From the NCBI GenBank assembly GCA_965214705.1, contig CBDCCI010000002.1:2592001-2656000 (forward strand): DNA of 64,000 nucleotides, given 5' to 3'. Under the pieces are notes generated by a model that saw only the letters and a program-made list of their open reading frames with translations, did not search any database and was not told where the DNA came from. This document shows, piece by piece, positions 58,919 to 64,000 of this stretch (the first letter of the stretch is position 1; the number at the start of each line of letters is the position of its first letter). The position numbers and the translations under genes are program-made. Source of the DNA: Alphaproteobacteria bacterium. GTDB lineage: Bacteria; Pseudomonadota; Alphaproteobacteria; UBA828.

Positions 58919-59806
58919 ATGGCAGAGATGGTGACGGATACGGGGCCCGCGCCGCGCGGCGGTGGCTGGAGGCCGTTCGGCCGGCGCAACGGGTCGCGCG
59001 AGGAGCCGGCGGTCGCGCTGCCGCTGCAGATCGGCGCGTGGATCGCCTTCGTCGTGCTCCTGCTTCCCGTCGTCATCGTGGTGCTGGCCGGGCTCAACTC
59101 CGGCGACCATCTGACCTGGCCGCCGGAAGGGCTCTCGCTCCGCTGGATCTTCGCTTTCTTCGAGGCGAGCGAGTTTCTCGACGCCTACGTGTTCAGCCTC
59201 TGGCTCGCCGTGGTGGTCATGGTGATCTCGACCACGCTCGGCACCATGGCGGCGATCTTCCTCACGCGCATGACCTTCCCCGGCCGCAACCTGCTCAGGG
59301 CCTACTTCCTCTCGCCGCTGATCCTGCCGGGGATCGTGCTGGGCCTCGCGCTCTACGTCTTCTACGTCTCCAGCGGCATCGGGCTCTCGCGCACCCTGCC
59401 GGGGCTCATCATCGGCCACGTGCTGGTGACGGCGCCTTACGTGATCGGCACGGTCTCGGCCGCGCTCTTCAACTTCGACATCGCATTGGAAGAGGCCGCC
59501 CGCAGCCTGGGCGCCGGTCCCTGGACGGCATTCCGCAAGGTGACGCTGCCGATCATCGGGCCGGGCGTTGCAGCCGGTGCGATCTTCGCCTTCATCGTGT
59601 CCTTCGGGCAGTTCGACGTGTCGCTCTTCCTGAGCACGCCGAACTATACGCCGCTGCCGATCGCCCTCTATATTTCGCTGCGATACACGTTCGAGCCGAC
59701 GGCGGCGGCGGCGGGCATCTTCGCGATTGCGCTGGTCGTGGTCTCGATGCTGCTCACTTCGCGACTCATCAACATCCGGCGTTTCGCCGGAATCAAGTTC
59801 TCGTAA
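58919..59806 (+). CDS. Polyamine/opine-type ABC permease (PotC-like)
   Basis: 'SLRW', 'SPLILP', 'LEEAARSLGA', 'SFGQF'. Confidence 0.92.
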   Translation: MAEMVTDTGPAPRGGGWRPFGRRNGSREEPAVALPLQIGAWIAFVVLLLPVVIVVLAGLNSGDHLTWPPEGLSLRWIFAFFEASEFLDAYVFSLWLAVVVMVISTTLGTMAAIFLTRMTFPGRNLLRAYFLSPLILPGIVLGLALYVFYVSSGIGLSRTLPGLIIGHVLVTAPYVIGTVSAALFNFDIALEEAARSLGAGPWTAFRKVTLPIIGPGVAAGAIFAFIVSFGQFDVSLFLSTPNYTPLPIALYISLRYTFEPTAAAAGIFAIALVVVSMLLTSRLINIRRFAGIKFS

Positions 59807-59839
59807 CCGACGATGCAATCGACCAAAGGAGAATGAACG

Positions 59840-60961
59840 ATGACCGCCAAGCGCACTTTCAAGCCGTCGCGCCGCAACGTCCTCAAGGGGCTCGCGGCAG
59901 GCGGCGCGGTAGCGGCCTCGACCAAGTTCGGGCTCTTCAACATCAACCATTCCTGGTCGCAAGACGTGCACTGGGACGGCGAGCCCTTCGATGCGGGCGG
60001 CGCCACCTTCACCCTCGGCGAGTGGGGCGGCTTCTGGGAGGAGTTCGTCCGCGACGCCCAGCTGAACGAGTTCGAGAAGACCTATAACTGCACCATCGCC
60101 TACGATTCCTCGTGGCCCTGGTTCCCGAAGTACGTGGCCGGCGGGCCGGAAGACCCGGCCTTCGACATGTGCAACTGGAACCTGCCCGAGATGATGAAGA
60201 CCGCACGGGCGGGCGACTATTTCCTGCCGATCGACGACATCAAGGCGAACGTACCCAATGCGAACGACTGCTGGGACTTCGCCTTCGGCAACGGCATCGG
60301 CGTGACCTGGGCCTTTGGCCAGTACGCCTACGTGTACAGGACCGACTTGGTGGATCCCGCGCCCGCCGACTTCAAGTCCTTCTGGGAGGACCGCTTCGCC
60401 GGCAATCGCGCCACCTACATCACGTCCAACACCCTGCAGATGGTCTTTTTCATCACCGCCAGCGCCGCCTGGGGCGAGGGGCCGGAAGACCTGGATGCCG
60501 GTTTCGACGCCATGGAGCGGGCCATGCCGATGAAGATCAGCGACTTCACCGGCAACATGCAGACCTTGGTGGAGCGCGGCGAGGTGCACCTCGGCGTTCA
60601 GTGGGAAGGCGAAGTCTACCTGCAGATGGATAAGGGCATCTCCGTCGCCCCCGTCATCTGGGACGCCAAGCCGATCCTGACCCAGACCAAGACCATCAGC
60701 CGCTACGCCGAGCCGATGCAGAAGAAGCTCGGCTATGCGCTGATGAACGAGGCGCTCGACCCCGGCTACCAGTCGAAGGCCGGCTCCATATTTTATCTGC
60801 GGCCGACCAACGGCAAGGCGGAGGTGTCGGAAAACCTCGCGAGCAAGGGCGTTGCCAATACCGCCGGCGCTATGGAGGGGCTCTGGATCCCGGATTGGAA
60901 CTGGTATCTCGACAACGAGGACGACATCGTCGAGACCACCAACGAGATCTTCGGCGGCTAA
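59840..60961 (+). CDS. PotD-like substrate-binding protein with Tat signal
   Basis: 'SRRNVLK'; 'WGGFW'; lies between permeases and ATPase. Confidence 0.85.
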   Translation: MTAKRTFKPSRRNVLKGLAAGGAVAASTKFGLFNINHSWSQDVHWDGEPFDAGGATFTLGEWGGFWEEFVRDAQLNEFEKTYNCTIAYDSSWPWFPKYVAGGPEDPAFDMCNWNLPEMMKTARAGDYFLPIDDIKANVPNANDCWDFAFGNGIGVTWAFGQYAYVYRTDLVDPAPADFKSFWEDRFAGNRATYITSNTLQMVFFITASAAWGEGPEDLDAGFDAMERAMPMKISDFTGNMQTLVERGEVHLGVQWEGEVYLQMDKGISVAPVIWDAKPILTQTKTISRYAEPMQKKLGYALMNEALDPGYQSKAGSIFYLRPTNGKAEVSENLASKGVANTAGAMEGLWIPDWNWYLDNEDDIVETTNEIFGG

Positions 60962-60995
60962 AGCCCTCTTGCCGGTCGGCTGAACGGAACGGCGC

Positions 60996-62066
60996 GTGTC
61001 GGACGTCGAGCTTACGGGCCTGACCAAGCGCTTCGGCGAGACCCTCGCGGTCGACGACGTCTCGCTCCGGGTCGAGGAGGGGGAGTTCTTCTCCCTCCTC
61101 GGGCCGTCCGGCTGTGGCAAGACCACGACGCTCCGCATGATCGCGGGCTTCGTTCGCCCGAACGAGGGGCAGGTCTTCATCGGCGGCGAGGACATGACCC
61201 TGCTCCCGCCGGAGAAGCGGGGGATCGGGATCGTCTTCCAGAACTACGCGATCTTTCCGCACATGACGGTGTTCGACAACATCGCCTTCGGCCTGAAGAT
61301 GCGGAAGGTGCCGAAGCGGGAGATTCGCGGCCGCGTCGGCAAGGCGCTCGAGCAGGTCAACCTCGACGGCTACGAGAGGCGCTACCAGCGCGAGCTTTCC
61401 GGCGGCGAGCAGCAGCGCGTGGCGCTCGCCCGGGTGCTCATCACCGAGCCCAAGATCCTCCTCCTCGATGAGCCGCTCAGCGCGCTCGACAAGAAGCTCC
61501 GGGAGGAAATGAAGTACTGGATCAAGGGGCTGCAGCAGTCGCTCGCCATCACCACCGTCTACGTCACCCACGATCAGGGCGAGGCGCTGACCATGTCCGA
61601 CCGGATCGCGGTGATGAACCGGGCCAAGGTGGTGCAGATCGGCGCACCCGATACGATTTACGAGCATCCGGCCGACCGCTTCGTCACCGACTTCATCGGC
61701 GAATCCAACATCCTCGAAGCACGCGTCGCGGCGGTGGACGGAAGCGAGTGCCGCATCGCCGTGGGCCGGGTCGAGTTCGCCGTGCCCCGCCGCGACGGGA
61801 TCGAGGCCGGCCAGTCGGTCGGCTTCGTGGTGCGGCCGGAGCGTGTGCTCATCGGCTCAGGTGCCGAGGCCATCGACGGTACCAGGCTCACCGCCACCGT
61901 GGTTGACCGTAGCTATCAGGGCGCGATCATCCGCTACCGCATGCAGGTCGAAGGCCAGGAGATCGTGGCGGAGGTGCCCAACCGGCCAGACCAGCCGGAG
62001 CTTGCCGACGGAGTCGAGACAGTGATCGGTTGGACCGTTGCAAGCGGCGAGCTACTGATCGACTGA
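60996..62066 (+). CDS. PotA-like ABC ATPase
   Basis: GPSGCGKT, LSGGEQQR, 'LLDEPLSALD', TOBE-like C-terminus. Confidence 0.93.
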   Translation: MSDVELTGLTKRFGETLAVDDVSLRVEEGEFFSLLGPSGCGKTTTLRMIAGFVRPNEGQVFIGGEDMTLLPPEKRGIGIVFQNYAIFPHMTVFDNIAFGLKMRKVPKREIRGRVGKALEQVNLDGYERRYQRELSGGEQQRVALARVLITEPKILLLDEPLSALDKKLREEMKYWIKGLQQSLAITTVYVTHDQGEALTMSDRIAVMNRAKVVQIGAPDTIYEHPADRFVTDFIGESNILEARVAAVDGSECRIAVGRVEFAVPRRDGIEAGQSVGFVVRPERVLIGSGAEAIDGTRLTATVVDRSYQGAIIRYRMQVEGQEIVAEVPNRPDQPELADGVETVIGWTVASGELLID

Positions 62067-62081
62067 TCCCCGCTTGGCCGC

Positions 62082-63185
62082 TCAGACTAGCTCTTCGATC
62101 GGCGTGTAGACGTCCGCGATCCCGAAGTACTTGGGGCCGAACACGTCGAGCGCCTCGGGCGTGCGCATCACCGGCGGCACGCTCACGCCCACCACGCGCA
62201 CCCGCTGGCCATACTTGAGCCCTTCGGTGGTGATCGGCTCGGCGTTTTCCTGATCGAGGATGCAGATCAGGTCTGGCACCATGCCGAGCATGCGCTCGCC
62301 CTGCTGAGCCACCAGAAACTCGTTCTGGAAGCGCACCTCCAATTGCTCACCCACGCTCTCGCCGATCCCCTCGAAGATCACCCGTCCGATGGCCCAGCCG
62401 CGCGTGGTCTCGCGCAGCAGGTCCACCACCTTGCCCTCGAACAGCACCGTGCAGAAGCGCTTGTCGCGGGAGGTCTGGAAGTACTGCTGGAGCCCGGCGA
62501 AGGGGTCGCTCTGGGTCTCGCGGGCCTCGCGGATCGAGCGGCCGATCTCCATGGCGAGCGTGGTGGTGTAGAGGACGCCGGTCTCCTTCGCCTCCTTGCC
62601 CGACATGGAATAGAGCGCGATCTCCGACTTGGTGCCCATGCGGGTGCACACCACCCGAGCGAACCACTCGGATTCGAGATTGCTGCGGGCGCGCACGATG
62701 ACCTCGTTGCCGTGCTCGTCGCGCAGCACGATGGGGGACGCAGGCACGCCGTAGACGCCGAAGGTGCACATCTGCAACTCGGGGAAGGCGCGCCCCATGC
62801 CGTCGCCGTCCACGACCGGCAGCCCGGTCATGGCTCCGATCACCATGGGCAGCGTGCCGTTGATACCGCCGGCCTCGGCGGAGATGAGCGCGGTGGCCGT
62901 GCGGCCCTTCTCGCGCTCGATCGAGCGCAGGCACTCCACCATGGCGTGCGCGCTCGGGATCTTCTCGACCATCACGGTGGGCGCGCCCATGTTGGCAACC
63001 GAGACGACGAAGTCGTCGTCATCGAGCTCCATCGGGTCCATGATGGTGATGTCGGCGCCTTCCTCCAGCTTCTGCCTGAGGATCAGCCCGCCGACATAGG
63101 GATCGCCGCCGCCGCCGGTGCCGAGAAAGGCCGTGCCGCGCAGGAAATCCGGCAGCAGGTCGAGGTGCATCTTCATCGTTGGCAT
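62082..63185 (-). CDS. DUF917 family protein
   Basis: 'LGTGGGGDP', 'MGAP', 'EAGGIN', 'DGDGMGRAFPELQM', 'FQNE', 'VPDLI'. Confidence 0.9.
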   Translation of the reverse strand: MPTMKMHLDLLPDFLRGTAFLGTGGGGDPYVGGLILRQKLEEGADITIMDPMELDDDDFVVSVANMGAPTVMVEKIPSAHAMVECLRSIEREKGRTATALISAEAGGINGTLPMVIGAMTGLPVVDGDGMGRAFPELQMCTFGVYGVPASPIVLRDEHGNEVIVRARSNLESEWFARVVCTRMGTKSEIALYSMSGKEAKETGVLYTTTLAMEIGRSIREARETQSDPFAGLQQYFQTSRDKRFCTVLFEGKVVDLLRETTRGWAIGRVIFEGIGESVGEQLEVRFQNEFLVAQQGERMLGMVPDLICILDQENAEPITTEGLKYGQRVRVVGVSVPPVMRTPEALDVFGPKYFGIADVYTPIEELV

Positions 63186-63216
63186 GTTTTCGCTATCGCT
63201 CCTGCTTGGCTGCCGC

Positions 63217-64000
63217 TCAGCCTTCCGCGAGATCGCCCACCGCCTTGACTCGGACCCGGCAGGCGGCGCCGGGCAGGTAGGCAAGAGGGATCTCCTCGAC
63301 CTCGATGATCTCGATGCTGGCGGGCTCCGCGCCGGCATCCACCGCCTTGGCCTGGGCCTCGTTCTTGGCCTGGGCGATGGCGTTCTCGCGGCCCTCCTGC
63401 TCGTAGGAGAAGACACGGTCCACCTCGCCGCCCACCTGGGCGATGGCGGCGCCGATGGCGTTCGCGACCGCCGAGTGCTCGGGCACGCTCAAGGTGGAGA
63501 CGCCGGCCAGATCGCGCTCGATCAGGATGCTGCCGCCGCCCACCAGAATCGCGGGCACAGGCTCCGCGCTCGTCTTCATGCGGTCGATCGCGTCCTCCAC
63601 CATGGTGTGGATGGCATCCAGTCCGCGCTTCACCGCGGCGCCGTTCAGTCCGGCGACGGCGTTACGGTCGCCGATGTCGGCGAGGCCGGAGGCGACGGCG
63701 ACATCGGTGGCGGTCGGCGTGTCGCCGCCGAAGACCAGCGCCTTCTCCGTCAGCTCGAAGCCTACCGAATCCGGGCCGACGGTCACCTTGTCGTCGCCCC
63801 GCACCAGACTGCCGCCGCCGAGCCCAATCGCCAGCACATCGGGCATGCGGAAGTTGGTCCGTACCCCACCGACATCGACCGCGACCGCCGACTCCCGCGG
63901 GAAGCCCCGGGCAAGCACGCCGACATCGGTGGTAGTGCCGCCGATATCGACCACGACGGCGTTCTCCTTGTCGGAGAGGAAGGCCGCGCCCCGCATGCTG
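63217..64000 (-). CDS. Hydantoinase/oxoprolinase A-like protein, 5' truncated by window edge
   Basis: 'DIGGTTTDVG', 'GLGGGS', 'GPDSVG', 'ANAIGAA'. Confidence 0.9.
   Translation of the reverse strand, partial: SMRGAAFLSDKENAVVVDIGGTTTDVGVLARGFPRESAVAVDVGGVRTNFRMPDVLAIGLGGGSLVRGDDKVTVGPDSVGFELTEKALVFGGDTPTATDVAVASGLADIGDRNAVAGLNGAAVKRGLDAIHTMVEDAIDRMKTSAEPVPAILVGGGSILIERDLAGVSTLSVPEHSAVANAIGAAIAQVGGEVDRVFSYEQEGRENAIAQAKNEAQAKAVDAGAEPASIEIIEVEEIPLAYLPGAACRVRVKAVGDLAEG

Noticed and set aside
1-64000. CRISPR array, cas genes, tRNA or rRNA
   Set aside because: No regularly spaced repeat-spacer array, Cas motif or RNA gene was recognised; the Mu-like element has no TniQ or Cas, so it is not a CAST.

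Overview
High-GC bacterial window, probably from an alphaproteobacterium (inferred from the cnoX-LON-Trm112-DUF971 cluster and an alphaproteobacterial REP-like palindrome). The flanks (1-23 kb, 47.9-64 kb) hold solute-uptake and catabolic genes: sugar, peptide, NMT1-type and polyamine-type ABC systems, a CoxMSL-like molybdenum hydroxylase, a PLP histidine/serine decarboxylase with an ACT partner, CoA-transferases, and DUF917/hydantoinase. The centre (23.8-47.6 kb) is a dense, partly nested pile of mobile elements, most with ends and target duplications readable from the sequence. It contains IS5 inside IS4 inside ycaQ, IS1634 inside an IS1595 passenger, an IS1182/IS5-like element, an IS21 remnant, IS630, and IS1634 inside a DUF4338-fused Tn5-like transposase. 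The most unusual object is an intact 4.4 kb TG...CA element (32120-36513, 5-bp TSD). It encodes a Zn-ribbon protein, a Mu-type DDE transposase, an ExeA/TnsC-like ATPase and a translationally coupled RepA/AAA_25-like helicase-wHTH that ends in an origin-like inverted-repeat cluster. A 266-bp MITE in the oppD/oppF junction supplies a new start codon. All family assignments are by eye from motifs; no database search was run.
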